DNA from: Candidatus Marinacidobacterales bacterium
GTDB taxonomy: Bacteria > Acidobacteriota > Vicinamibacteria > Marinacidobacterales > DATDRI01
DNA length: 64,000 nt
Direction of reading: 5' to 3'
NCBI GenBank assembly: GCA_965222425.1
Contig: CBDCTW010000023.1
Location: 129,902 to 193,901, forward strand
Of this stretch, positions 9,851 through 19,415 are shown one piece after another. Within the stretch, counting starts at the first letter, position 1. Each line of letters begins with the position of its first letter. The position numbers and the translations under genes are program-made. The notes beneath the pieces were generated by a model. That model worked only from the letters and a program-made list of their open reading frames with translations, had not been told where the DNA came from and did no database searches.

Positions 9851-12333
9851 TTTTCCACCACCACGTTGACGAGCCGCTTCGGGACAACGACCACTCGTTC
9901 CACCGTACGGCCCGTCGTCAGCGAACGAACCTTCTCGTCGTCGAGTGCTAATTGTCTAAGCTCCTCTTCCTTGAGGTCCGCTGGAATTGCGATACGACTC
10001 CGCACCTTACCGTTTACCTGGAGAACTAGGGTAATAGTTTCTTGAACCGCAATCGATGGCTCATAGGATGGCCACTCAACCTTCCGCAGGCCGCCCCGGT
10101 GCCCGAGCATCTCCCACATTTCCTCGGAGGCGTGTGGAGTGAAGGGGCTTATCAAAAGCACAATCGTTTCCGCAGCCTCCCGAAGGGCTTTACTGGCCTC
10201 CGGGCGCTCTCCCTCTGCCGGGCGGGACTCCAGGTATTTGTAGACCTCGTTGGTGAGCTCCATGATTGCCGAGATCGCGGTATTCAAATGGAATCGCTCC
10301 TCGATGTCTCGTGTCACCCGCAGGATGGTTTGATGCGTTTTCCGCCGTAGAGACCTCTCGGCTTCATTCCAAGCCTCTTCCCCATTGATCGCCTCTGCGG
10401 ACTTGAGGTTCTCTAGCTCGCCGGTCACGAGCCGCCAGACCCTCTGAAGGAATCGAGCCGGCCCCTCCAACCTTTGATCGGTCCAGCCCATCTCCTTCTC
10501 GGGTGGAGCTTCGAAAAGCACGTAGAGCCTCAGTGTGTCGGCGCCAACTCGGCTGACGACTCCATCTGGCTCGACGACGTTTCCCTTCGACTTCGACATG
10601 ACCGAACCGTCTTTAAACACCATCCCCTGCGACAGAAGCTCGGTCACCGGCTCGGCGATGTCTACCAACTCGAGATCCCGCATTACTTTGGTCCAGAACC
10701 TGGAATAGATAAGATGCAGAATCGCGTGCTCGACGCCGCCCACGTAGAGATCGATGGGAAACCAATAAGCAACCTTTTCGCTGTTGAATGGAGCGGCGTC
10801 GTTGCGCGGGTCGGTATAGCGGTAGAAGTACCAGGAAGAGTCCACGAACGTGTCCATCGTATCGGTCTCGCGTTTTGCGGAACCTCCGCATTTGGGACAA
10901 TCGACATTGACGAACTCGGGTATCGCCTCGAGTGGTGACTTCCCCTGGCCGGTGATGTTGATGGTCTTCGGAAGCAGCACCGGCAGATCTGCCTCCGGAA
11001 CCGGTACGACACCGCATGCACCGCAGTGGACCATCGGAATGGGCGTTCCCCAATATCTCTGCCGTGAGATCCCCCAGTCCTTGAGCCGGTAAGTCACGGT
11101 CTTCTTGCCGAAACCCCGTTCCTCTGCGAACGCCGCCATTTCCGACATCGCCTCCTCCGACGGGAGGCCACTGAAAGTCCCAGAGTCCACCAGGGTCCCG
11201 TAGTCGGTGTAAACCTCCTTGAGCGAGTCCGAACTCGGTGTGCTTCCCGACGCCTGGATTACGACTGGAATGGGGAGTTCGTATTTCTGCGCAAACTCGA
11301 GGTCCCGCTTATCATGAGCGGGCACCGCCATGACGGCGCCAGTACCGTAGTCCATGAGAACGTAATCGGCGATCCAGATCGGGACCTGCTCCTGGGTAAA
11401 TGGGTTCACGGCGAAGCGGCCAGTGGCCATTCCGTTTTTTTCTAGATCGGCGGGGTCCTTGGTTTCCTTTGCCCTAGCCATCGCCTGGTCGATAAAGGAG
11501 CGGAGCTCCGGCGATCGCTCCGCATAAGCCTTGGCCCGCGGATGCTCCGGCGCCAGAAGCAGAAAGCTCGCGCCGTAAATGGTGTCGATGCGTGTGGTGA
11601 ACACGCGAATCGGCTCTTCCCTTTCCACGGCGAAGTCGATCTCCGCACCTTCTGAGCGTCCGATCCAATTGCGTTGCATCGTGAGAACGCGCTCTGGCCA
11701 TTTGTCGAGAGGCGCCATGTCGGAAAGCAGATCTTCCGCGTAGTTCGTGATTCTCAGAAACCACTGTTCCAGATCGCGCTGAATCACCTCTGCCCCACAC
11801 CTCCAGCAGCGACCACCTTCCACCTGTTCGTTGGCCAGTACCGTCTGGCAACTTGGACACCAGTTCACGATGGCTTTTTTTCGATAAGCGAGCCCTTTTT
11901 TCCACATCTGGATGAAGAACCATTGGTTCCACCGGTAGTAGTCAGGATCGCAGCTAGCGACTTCCCTCTCCCAGGCATAGGAGAAGCCTATGCGCCGCAG
12001 TTGGGTTTTCATGTGGTCGATGTTCGAAAGCGTCCATTCCTCGGGGTGGGCACCGTGCTTGAGGGCGGCATTCTCCGCCGGAAGCCCCAGTGCATCCCAG
12101 CCAATAGGATGAAGGACGTTGAACCCTCTCATTCGTTTGAATCGAGCAACGACGTCAACGATCGAGTAATTGCGCACGTGCCCCATATGAATTCTTCCCG
12201 ACGGATAGGGCAGCATGGGCAGGCAATAGAACTTCGCGCGGCTAGAATTTTCCGTGACCTCGAAGACACGGGCGTCGGCCCAGCGTTTCTGCCACTTCGA
12301 CTCGATTGCCTGAAACTCGTACGCTCGACTCAT
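9847..12333 (-). CDS. leuS: Leucine--tRNA ligase
   Basis: 828 aa with HMGH and KMSKS motifs (PSGRIHMGHVRNY; VMSKSKGN) and a class I editing domain. Confidence 0.95.
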   Translation of the reverse strand: MSRAYEFQAIESKWQKRWADARVFEVTENSSRAKFYCLPMLPYPSGRIHMGHVRNYSIVDVVARFKRMRGFNVLHPIGWDALGLPAENAALKHGAHPEEWTLSNIDHMKTQLRRIGFSYAWEREVASCDPDYYRWNQWFFIQMWKKGLAYRKKAIVNWCPSCQTVLANEQVEGGRCWRCGAEVIQRDLEQWFLRITNYAEDLLSDMAPLDKWPERVLTMQRNWIGRSEGAEIDFAVEREEPIRVFTTRIDTIYGASFLLLAPEHPRAKAYAERSPELRSFIDQAMARAKETKDPADLEKNGMATGRFAVNPFTQEQVPIWIADYVLMDYGTGAVMAVPAHDKRDLEFAQKYELPIPVVIQASGSTPSSDSLKEVYTDYGTLVDSGTFSGLPSEEAMSEMAAFAEERGFGKKTVTYRLKDWGISRQRYWGTPIPMVHCGACGVVPVPEADLPVLLPKTINITGQGKSPLEAIPEFVNVDCPKCGGSAKRETDTMDTFVDSSWYFYRYTDPRNDAAPFNSEKVAYWFPIDLYVGGVEHAILHLIYSRFWTKVMRDLELVDIAEPVTELLSQGMVFKDGSVMSKSKGNVVEPDGVVSRVGADTLRLYVLFEAPPEKEMGWTDQRLEGPARFLQRVWRLVTGELENLKSAEAINGEEAWNEAERSLRRKTHQTILRVTRDIEERFHLNTAISAIMELTNEVYKYLESRPAEGERPEASKALREAAETIVLLISPFTPHASEEMWEMLGHRGGLRKVEWPSYEPSIAVQETITLVLQVNGKVRSRIAIPADLKEEELRQLALDDEKVRSLTTGRTVERVVVVPKRLVNVVVEK

Positions 12334-12360
12334 TGGAACCTCGGAACCTCGGAAAAACGA

Positions 12361-12373
12361 CTCATATTAGCAC
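12361..12373 (-). promoter_or_regulatory. Promoter-like 13-mer GTGCTAATATGAG (extended -10 TGcTAATAT), ~30 nt upstream of the leuS start
   Basis: The identical 13-mer recurs upstream of dapE (24616-24628), both with GGCCCGC upstream. Confidence 0.45.
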
Positions 12374-12662
12374 AAGAGGCTTGCGGGCCCGTTGGACTGA
12401 ACGCCTGACTTTGGCGCCCCTCAGGACATGAAGGACGCCCAAAAAAGCGGTCACCCGTCCCTTTGTGATGACAGGTCTCGGTGAAGGCATGGACCCGGAA
12501 GTCATTTTGTTCGTGGATGTTAAATACCTCACACCTTCTGGCACTCCCTTTGCGTAGACTAGAGGCGTAGGTGAGGTGCCCCCCCCACAACTCGCTGGGG
12601 CAACGTGGCGGGGTTCGCCGAGCCATTGGAAGCCAAGCAAGTCCTAATCCGAGGAGGTGTTC

Positions 12663-13295
12663 ATGGCTTCTCAAGCGACCGGCAAAACGAGCTCGGTCAC
12701 AATGGGGAGTTGGCGCCAGTCGGAAAGCCTTCCCCTCGTCGTGGCACTTCAAGGGCTGGGACTGTTCGTGCTCGCGTTTCTCATCGAGGCTCCTCCGTCT
12801 AGCAACCCGTTAGCGGGAGACACCGTGGGATTCGCCGGGTACGCTAGCAGCGAGTCGGTCCGTACGACCTCCGACTCTCAGGTACCGGCCGATCTCCTGC
12901 CGGAGCAGATTCGCTTGCCGAAGTTCCCCAACCTGGATGAACGCACACCAAGGCAGCAACCCGCTCCGACTTCTGAAGACCAGCAGGAATCATCGAATCC
13001 GGACCTGAACCTGACCGCCCTGCGAGTAGACACCGTGGCGTTCGACGCACCCGCGGCGGTACAGGTAGCCTTGGCGCTTCCCGACGCTCCTGAGGAGCTC
13101 ATACCGGGAGCCATTTCGCAGGCGCGATTTGGCGGCGGCGAGGGAACATCAAGCACGCGAGGTCGCACAGGGGGATGGGGAGGCATCGGTGTATCCGGAA
13201 TCGGCCGCGGCAGCGGTGGTGCATGCGGCCGAGGCGGATCGACCGAGTCTCCCATCATCATCGAGCGATCATTCGGCTACCCTATTAACAAATAG
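12663..13295 (+). CDS. Hypothetical membrane-anchored protein with Pro/Ser-rich linker and Gly-rich C-terminus
   Basis: ATG at 12663 preceded by GAGGAGG, 7-nt spacing. One predicted TM helix (LPLVVALQGLGLFVLAFLI) and low-complexity GGGEGTSSTRGRTGGWGGIGVSGIGRGSGG. Followed by a rho-independent terminator. Confidence 0.5.
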   Translation: MASQATGKTSSVTMGSWRQSESLPLVVALQGLGLFVLAFLIEAPPSSNPLAGDTVGFAGYASSESVRTTSDSQVPADLLPEQIRLPKFPNLDERTPRQQPAPTSEDQQESSNPDLNLTALRVDTVAFDAPAAVQVALALPDAPEELIPGAISQARFGGGEGTSSTRGRTGGWGGIGVSGIGRGSGGACGRGGSTESPIIIERSFGYPINK

Positions 13296-13332
13296 CCGCT
13301 CCCTAGGCGGACTACTGCCGGAAACAAATGAA

Positions 13333-13376
13333 GCGGCGGCGTCAAAGAGACATCTTGGCGCCGCCGCTTTTTTCTT
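13333..13376 (+). terminator. Rho-independent terminator (GCGGCGGCG...CGCCGCCGC stem + TTTTTTCTTC)
   Basis: 9-bp GC stem at 13333-13341 / 13359-13367, followed by a T-run at 13368-13376. Confidence 0.7.
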
Positions 13377-14220
13377 CTAATCGCTCTCCTCCATAGCCGC
13401 TATCGCGGCACGGATGTTTTCCGCCTGCGACGCTTCCGTGCTGTGGGCCAGCGCCAGCCGGAGTTGCTCGACCGCCTCTTCCGACCGTCCTTCTTTCTCA
13501 AGAAGCGCAGCGAGGTTCAAGTACGCCGGCACGAAGTCCGACCGAACCTGGATCTCCTTCCGATACGCTTCTTCCGCCTTGCTTGCTTCTCCCAGGAGTT
13601 CGAAGACCAGCGCGAGAGTGAATTGGACTTTGGGATGCTCGGGAGAACGGGTAGCGAGAGACTCGAGCACGTCCAGCGCTTCTTCTTTCCGGTCCGTCGC
13701 CATGTAGGCCTGAGCTAGATTGAATGCTGCCGGTCGAGCGGCGTCTCACTCAACGTCAAAGCCTCCAAAGTCGTAATCGCGGCGTCGTACTCCTTCTTAG
13801 CTAGCATCAGGGTCCCGAGGCCGAACCGCGCCTCCGCGTTCTGTGGCTCGAGCCCCAATACCTGCAGAAAAGCCGCCTCGGCTTCCTCGGGGAAGCCTTG
13901 CTCATACGCGGCCGCCCCGACGGAGATCTGAACCTGGACACTTCCTGGAGCGCCGATGCTCTCTTGAGAAGCTCCAGCGCCTCCTCGTATTGACCACCGT
14001 TATAAAACGTCAGTCCCCGTTTGTAGAGGTCCCTCGGATCGTCTTGAACGCCGGCAATCCCCAGCGCCAAGACGAAGCAAAGAATCCCCATTAGCCAATT
14101 TAGCCCGATGAAGAACCAAAACCAAAACCTAGACAGGATTACAGGATGAACCGGGTGGTCTTCGGTTTTCTTATCCTGTGATCCCGTCTGAGTTTTTTCT
14201 GTCTTTTTTCTTGATTCCAC
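13377..14220 (-). pseudogene. TPR-repeat membrane protein, reading frame broken twice (~13965 and ~13730)
   Basis: Three consecutive frames together give continuous TPR sequence (N-terminal TM piece, VQVQISVGAAAYEQGFPEEAEAAFLQVLGLEPQNAEARFGLGTLM..., PAAFNLAQAYMATDRKEEALDVLESL...). Both breaks are at simple repeats (agagag; cc run). Confidence 0.55.
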
Positions 14221-15364
14221 GAAGTACCTTGAAAGTCATCGAGGAGACGGGGTATTCAGACATCTTCGCTGGTGGGATCCATGCTCTCGACTTCTTATTC
14301 CGCAGCCCGCGGCCCGAACCAACGCTCAACCGGGCCTCGAAGGCGTACAGGGTGATGCGTCGGTTCATGATGTTGTGCTTGACCCGAACGAGCTCCGCGC
14401 CCGGCTCCAATCGAAGCCCGTATCTCTCACGCGCCTCACGAGCCAAAGCTCCCCGCGGCTCCTCGTCCGCCCGGCACGAACCACCCGGCAGCTCCCAGAG
14501 CCCACGCATGAGCTCTTCGTCCTCCCTCTGATACATCAACACTCGTCCTCGTCTCCTAATGACGGCGGCGGTCAGCACCACCGGAACGGACGCCTTTCTA
14601 GCAGTCAACTCGGGTAGGTCTTCCTGGACGCCTTGCTGAAGCGCCTTGCAATCTTCCTGAACGGGGCACACGAGACAGCGGGGACGACGCGGTGTGCATA
14701 CCAACGCCCCCAGTTCCATGAGGGCTTGGTTGAACTCCGAGATCGCCTGCGTCGGCAAAACCTCCTCCGCTTTTTGCCAAAGTAGTTTTCGGGCCGGGCC
14801 CGATCTCGGATCCCCACGAACCAAGAAAACGCGAGAGAGCACGCGCGCGACGTTGCCGTCTAGAATCGCATGGCGCTGGCCGTATGCGATCGAGAGAATC
14901 GCACCCGCGGTATACCTCCCCACTCCGGGAAGCGCTAGCCACCCATCGAGCGTCTCCGGAAAACGACCGCCATTTTCTTCCACCACCCATTTGGCAGCCT
15001 GGTGCAACGCCTTCGCACGCTTGTAGTAGCCCAGCCCCGACCAAGCGGCTAGGACATCCTGCTCCGATGCGCGCGCCAATCTCTCGACATCGGGAAAACG
15101 ACTGGTGAACCGCTCGAAATACGGAAGCACCGTCTTGACCTGCGTCTGCTGCAGCATCAGCTCCGACACCCAGACCCGATAGGGCTCGGGCCGCTCCCGC
15201 CATGGAAGCTGGCGCCGATGGCGTCGATACCAAGAAAGAAGCCGCGTTTGTAGGCTTGTCTTTCGTCCAGTAGCCACGATGGCCCCGATGATACCCCAGG
15301 ACCGCAGAACCGATGCGCCGCTTGATCTCTGGCTCGAATGCGGTAGGATGCGACCCGAGTCCAA
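14171..15364 (-). CDS. mutY: A/G-specific adenine DNA glycosylase
   Basis: HhH-GPD domain, a 4Fe-4S Cys cluster (CTPRRPRCLVCPVQEDC), and a C-terminal NUDIX-like MutY domain. Confidence 0.85.
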   Translation of the reverse strand: MDSGRILPHSSQRSSGASVLRSWGIIGAIVATGRKTSLQTRLLSWYRRHRRQLPWRERPEPYRVWVSELMLQQTQVKTVLPYFERFTSRFPDVERLARASEQDVLAAWSGLGYYKRAKALHQAAKWVVEENGGRFPETLDGWLALPGVGRYTAGAILSIAYGQRHAILDGNVARVLSRVFLVRGDPRSGPARKLLWQKAEEVLPTQAISEFNQALMELGALVCTPRRPRCLVCPVQEDCKALQQGVQEDLPELTARKASVPVVLTAAVIRRRGRVLMYQREDEELMRGLWELPGGSCRADEEPRGALAREARERYGLRLEPGAELVRVKHNIMNRRITLYAFEARLSVGSGRGLRNKKSRAWIPPAKMSEYPVSSMTFKVLRGIKKKDRKNSDGITG

Positions 15365-15372
15365 TCAGAATC

Positions 15373-16155
15373 ATGCAACTCGCTACCACTCTGCTCCTGC
15401 TCATTCTTCAGGCCTCCCAATTCGAGCCGCCTGTCACCCTCAGATGTGAGCTAGACACCGAGCTACCGCTCGACGAGATTCGAGTATCCATCGCCGAGAT
15501 GCGAGAAAGGGAAGGCGTCCCCGAACCCAACGGAGGCCTCACTTTCCGCGGGCTGCCGGCCGGCGACATCCACCTCTCCTTCTTCCAAAAGGAAATCTTG
15601 CTAGGCGACATCGAGATCCGTTCAGCGAACTACGGAGACTTCGTCCGCTTGAAGATCCGCCTGGTGACGGGTAATGCGATCTTGCTGGACGAGTTTCGTG
15701 TAAAAGGCGTGCGCGGCGACCGCGGCACGTCGGCGAAGCCAATCTCCGTTGCTTCCACAAGCACCCTCAGAACCACCTCCGAGCCGACGCGCGTTGAAAA
15801 TCGCGCGCCCCTCACCCAACCGATACCGTCGCGCCCACCGCCGCCCCTGCGATCTGCCAAGAAGTCCTCTTCCGAATGCCCCGATCCTGGAGATTCGATC
15901 ACGCGAACAGGCAAGCTCTCCCGAATCATCGACAACGACTCCTTCGAATTGCTGGGAAGCCGTCGTCAGAGCTATGTGGTCTACGTCGGCAGTGCGACCC
16001 GTCTCAAACGTGGCTCTACTCTGGTCGCCTACAGCGCCCTCCGTGAGGGCCTCGCCCTTCTTGTCAACGGAACGGTCGCTGCCGGCCCGGAGGACGAGGG
16101 CAACATCGGGGGCCCGAGAAGTCATCCTTCAGCGCCGCTAACGCGGCGCGACTGA
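15373..16155 (+). CDS. Secreted hypothetical protein (signal peptide; CarboxypepD_reg-like N-domain)
   Basis: Start at MQLATTLLLLILQASQ (the ORF-track start at 15313 is probably too early). Divergent from mutY with a 9-nt spacer. Confidence 0.5.
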   Translation: MQLATTLLLLILQASQFEPPVTLRCELDTELPLDEIRVSIAEMREREGVPEPNGGLTFRGLPAGDIHLSFFQKEILLGDIEIRSANYGDFVRLKIRLVTGNAILLDEFRVKGVRGDRGTSAKPISVASTSTLRTTSEPTRVENRAPLTQPIPSRPPPPLRSAKKSSSECPDPGDSITRTGKLSRIIDNDSFELLGSRRQSYVVYVGSATRLKRGSTLVAYSALREGLALLVNGTVAAGPEDEGNIGGPRSHPSAPLTRRD

Positions 16156-16250
16156 GCACTGCAGCTCGAGAACTTGACCCGGAGGTCGGTTGCAAGGTCC
16201 TGCCCGACGGGGCTATGCTGGCAGTCTGACTGTCATAGTCGTCAAGAGAT

Positions 16251-17186
16251 ATGGGACGAATCACACTCCATGAACGCTACGTCGACCTCGGCGTGAAGTT
16301 CATCGAACAGGACGACCCGCAACGAGCTCTTCGCTACATCAATCGGGCTCTCACTCTGGACCAACGATCCTATTTCGCATACTACAACCGCGGGATCGCT
16401 TACGACTTGATGGACCGGCTCGAAGATGCACTGGCCGACTATGATCGGGCTCTTGCCATCCAACCAAACCATCTTGCGTCTATCCATAATCGGGCTGTGG
16501 TTCTGCGGGAGCTCGGGCGCGCCGAAGAAGCGGTCGAAAGCTTCGACCAGATCTTGAAATACGATCCCGACAACGACGACTTCGTTTACAACCGAGGGGC
16601 GGCGCTCGCAGACCTCGGACGTTACGAAGAAGCGATCAGTTGCTACGATCGCGCTATTCAACTCGCGCCAAAAAAACTCGACGCCCGCATTACCAAAGCC
16701 AGCGCGCTCATCGCGTCCGGCAGGTTCGACGAGGCAATTGCGGAGGCCGACGCGATACTCCAGCTCGACCCAACATCGGTCGAGGCTCACTCCGTTATGG
16801 GCCTAGCACACTTGGACAACGATCGTCCCCAAGAGGCCATCGCGTGCCTTACCCACGTCCTCGAACGCCAGCCCGACGATCACTCCGCACTTCTTCACCG
16901 CGGCATCGCGCTACTGCGTCTTCGTCGCAACGAGCAAGCGGTGCTCGACCTGCGCGCCGCGCTCAAGAACCATCCCGACTGTGATGAGGCGTTTTACAAC
17001 TTGGCTATCGCGTACGTGAAGCTCGGCAACCGCGAGGCCGCCCTCGACGCGTTGCAAACTGCGATCGACATTCACCCTCCGCGCCGCGCAGAGATACGCA
17101 AGGCCAAGGAGTTCGAGGCCCTCCGTTCCGAGCCGCGATTCAAGGCCGTTCTCACCGGCAAGGGAGAGGTCGGCAAGAGACGCTAG
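16251..17186 (+). CDS. TPR repeat-containing protein
   Basis: Eight or more 34-aa TPR units (AYYNRGIAYDLMDRLEDALADYDRALAIQPNH...). Confidence 0.8.
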   Translation: MGRITLHERYVDLGVKFIEQDDPQRALRYINRALTLDQRSYFAYYNRGIAYDLMDRLEDALADYDRALAIQPNHLASIHNRAVVLRELGRAEEAVESFDQILKYDPDNDDFVYNRGAALADLGRYEEAISCYDRAIQLAPKKLDARITKASALIASGRFDEAIAEADAILQLDPTSVEAHSVMGLAHLDNDRPQEAIACLTHVLERQPDDHSALLHRGIALLRLRRNEQAVLDLRAALKNHPDCDEAFYNLAIAYVKLGNREAALDALQTAIDIHPPRRAEIRKAKEFEALRSEPRFKAVLTGKGEVGKRR

Positions 17187-17303
17187 TGCCCCATTTCGCC
17201 CACTCAGCCCATACAAAAACGACGCGAAACACCCGAGTCACTCGACAGGCAGAACCGGCAGGAACCCACGACTAAGCTGCAAGTTGAGCCTGAGACTCTC
17301 GTC

Positions 17304-17402
17304 TTGACCTGTCCGAACTGCGGAGCGAGTCTGCGAGAGGATCGCTGCAAGCTTCTCTGTCCGCGGTGCCACTACTACATGAGCTGCTCCGACTACTACT
17401 GA
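17304..17402 (+). CDS. Candidate zinc-ribbon micro-protein (CPNC...CPRC), no ATG (TTG/CTG start would be required)
   Basis: In-frame LTCPNCGASLREDRCKLLCPRCHYYMSCSDYY* between the TPR gene and dapC. Its 3' end overlaps the dapC stop convergently. No obvious RBS. Confidence 0.25.
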   Translation: MTCPNCGASLREDRCKLLCPRCHYYMSCSDYY

Positions 17403-18526
17403 CTCCGCTTTACTGTCCCGCGAATCCGTTCTACCCCGGCGCAGATCATTTTTTCCTCTACCGAAAACGACAAGCGCAAGAACCGGCTAGCTTCTTCTCC
17501 GAAAGCGGCACCGGGAATCGTGATCACTCGCGCCCGCTCGACCAATTCCACTGCGGTCCCCAAGCTGTCGCCGGCTGGAGCAGCCTCGATCATCATGTAA
17601 AAAGTCGCATCCGGAACTAGGGGGGAGAAACCCAACCGTTCTCGAACCAGCGTCGCGAGCAAATCCCTCCGATGCTTGAGCCGACCGCGAAAAGACTCCA
17701 TCTCCCGTTGGGCTTCGGTCCCGAACGCCGCGAGAGCGGCTTTTTGAGAGTGAGCCGGCGCACAGCTTACGGCGTACTGATGGATGACCCGAATGGGCTC
17801 GATCCGCTCCGGCGCGGCCACCGCCCAACCGAGACGCCAACCGGTCATGCTCGCGAACTTGGATAGACTCGAAACGACTACTCCGTCGGTGCTGACGTCT
17901 AGATAGGAGGGCGGCCGCTCTCCGAAGTAGATGTCCTGATACACCTCGTCGGAGATCACGAGGAGCTCGTGCTCCGCCGCTAGCTTTGCGACTTTCCGAA
18001 GCTCCTCGAGAGGAATAATCACACCGGTGGGATTGGCCGGGCTATTCAATACCAGCGCCTGCGTGCGCGGCGAAATCAGGGACTCGAGAGCATCGGCGCT
18101 AAACCGAAAACCCTGCGACGCGGACAGCGGATAAGTAACCGGCGATGCACCGGCGAGCCGAGCAATCGCCGGATAAGCAGGAAAACCTGGGTCGGGAACC
18201 AAGACTTCCTGCCCCGGACCAAGCCACGCCAACATGGTTGCGAAAAGCGCCTCCTGGGCTCCCACGGTAACAAGCACGGAGTCGCGGCTGATTCGCTCGC
18301 CCGAGTACTCCGCTATCATCTGGCGCAATTCGGGCAGACCCGCTGTCGCCGTGTAACCGAGCCGGCTTTCGTCGAGTGCGTGGTGTGCGGCGCGAAGAAT
18401 CGCACGCGGAGTATCGAACGTGGGCTCCCCAAACCCCAAGTTGATGGCGTCCGGAGGAGCGACCTCCAGGACGCGACGGATGAGGGAGATCCCGACCCCT
18501 TCGAGGCGTGAAGCGGGCTTTCTCAA
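17396..18526 (-). CDS. dapC: Class I PLP-dependent aminotransferase, probably N-succinyl-LL-diaminopimelate aminotransferase by operon context
   Basis: PLP-lysine motif SLSKFASMTGWRLGW with an aspartate/aromatic aminotransferase fold. It is the last gene of the dap operon. Confidence 0.6.
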   Translation of the reverse strand: MRKPASRLEGVGISLIRRVLEVAPPDAINLGFGEPTFDTPRAILRAAHHALDESRLGYTATAGLPELRQMIAEYSGERISRDSVLVTVGAQEALFATMLAWLGPGQEVLVPDPGFPAYPAIARLAGASPVTYPLSASQGFRFSADALESLISPRTQALVLNSPANPTGVIIPLEELRKVAKLAAEHELLVISDEVYQDIYFGERPPSYLDVSTDGVVVSSLSKFASMTGWRLGWAVAAPERIEPIRVIHQYAVSCAPAHSQKAALAAFGTEAQREMESFRGRLKHRRDLLATLVRERLGFSPLVPDATFYMMIEAAPAGDSLGTAVELVERARVITIPGAAFGEEASRFLRLSFSVEEKMICAGVERIRGTVKRSQ

Positions 18527-18548
18527 AAGTCGAGCCGACTAAGCCAGT

Positions 18549-19403
18549 TCAAAGACGCAGGGCGCTTTCCAGTGCGACCGCGGCATCGGTTCCGGGATCG
18601 CGGTACTTGACGATGATCGGTGCATAGAGATGGAGCCCCTCTCGCGAGGCGAGGCTCCCCCGCGCCGGTCGGCTGCCCGGTACGACCACTGCGCCTCGAG
18701 GTATAGTCAAAGGCGAGTCCTCGCTTGCCCGCAGCACCGTTTCGCTCACTAGATCGTACACCGGCGTGGACCGAGTCAGTATCGTCCCGGGTGCCAACAC
18801 CGCTTCCTTCTTGACGATGGTGCCCTCGTACACCCCGCAGTTCCCTCCCACCAGCACGCGGTCTTCGATGATCACCGGCATCGCTCCCACCGGCTCGAGA
18901 ACGCCCCCGATCTGTGCGCCGGCGGAAACGTGCACCCGCCTGCCCAGTTGAGCACAGGAACCCACCAGCGCGTTGGAGTCGATCAGCGTCCCTTCATCCA
19001 CATAGGCACCCACGTTCACATACATCGGTGGCATGCAGACGACCCCTCGGCCCACGAAAGCCCCGGCCCGAATCGAAGAACCGCCGGGGACCACCCTAAT
19101 CTGGTCTTCGAGCTCCAGGTCCCGAAGCGGAAACGTATGCTTGTCGAAGAACCGCATCGGAGACTTTTTCAGAGAGAAGTCCTCGATTCGCCCGAGCCGG
19201 AATCCCAGCAGAATCCCCTTCTTCACCCAGGTGTTAACCACCCAACCATGAGGCCCTGGCTCCGCGGCCCGCACCTCCCCTCGGGACAGCATCGCCCTGA
19301 ACTCGACGAAAGAACTCTCAGCATCTGACGGAAGGTCGGCACCCTCAAGCTCGAATAGCCGTTCGATCGTTTCTTGGAGAGCAGTTTTCGCCTTCGTCGT
19401 CAC
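18549..19403 (-). CDS. dapD: 2,3,4,5-tetrahydropyridine-2,6-dicarboxylate N-succinyltransferase
   Basis: Hexapeptide-repeat LbH domain (GAYVDEGTLIDSNALVGSCAQLGRRVHVSAGAQIGGVLEP) with a DapD N-domain. Confidence 0.85.
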   Translation of the reverse strand: MTTKAKTALQETIERLFELEGADLPSDAESSFVEFRAMLSRGEVRAAEPGPHGWVVNTWVKKGILLGFRLGRIEDFSLKKSPMRFFDKHTFPLRDLELEDQIRVVPGGSSIRAGAFVGRGVVCMPPMYVNVGAYVDEGTLIDSNALVGSCAQLGRRVHVSAGAQIGGVLEPVGAMPVIIEDRVLVGGNCGVYEGTIVKKEAVLAPGTILTRSTPVYDLVSETVLRASEDSPLTIPRGAVVVPGSRPARGSLASREGLHLYAPIIVKYRDPGTDAAVALESALRL

Positions 19404-19415
19404 ACTTTGCTCCTG

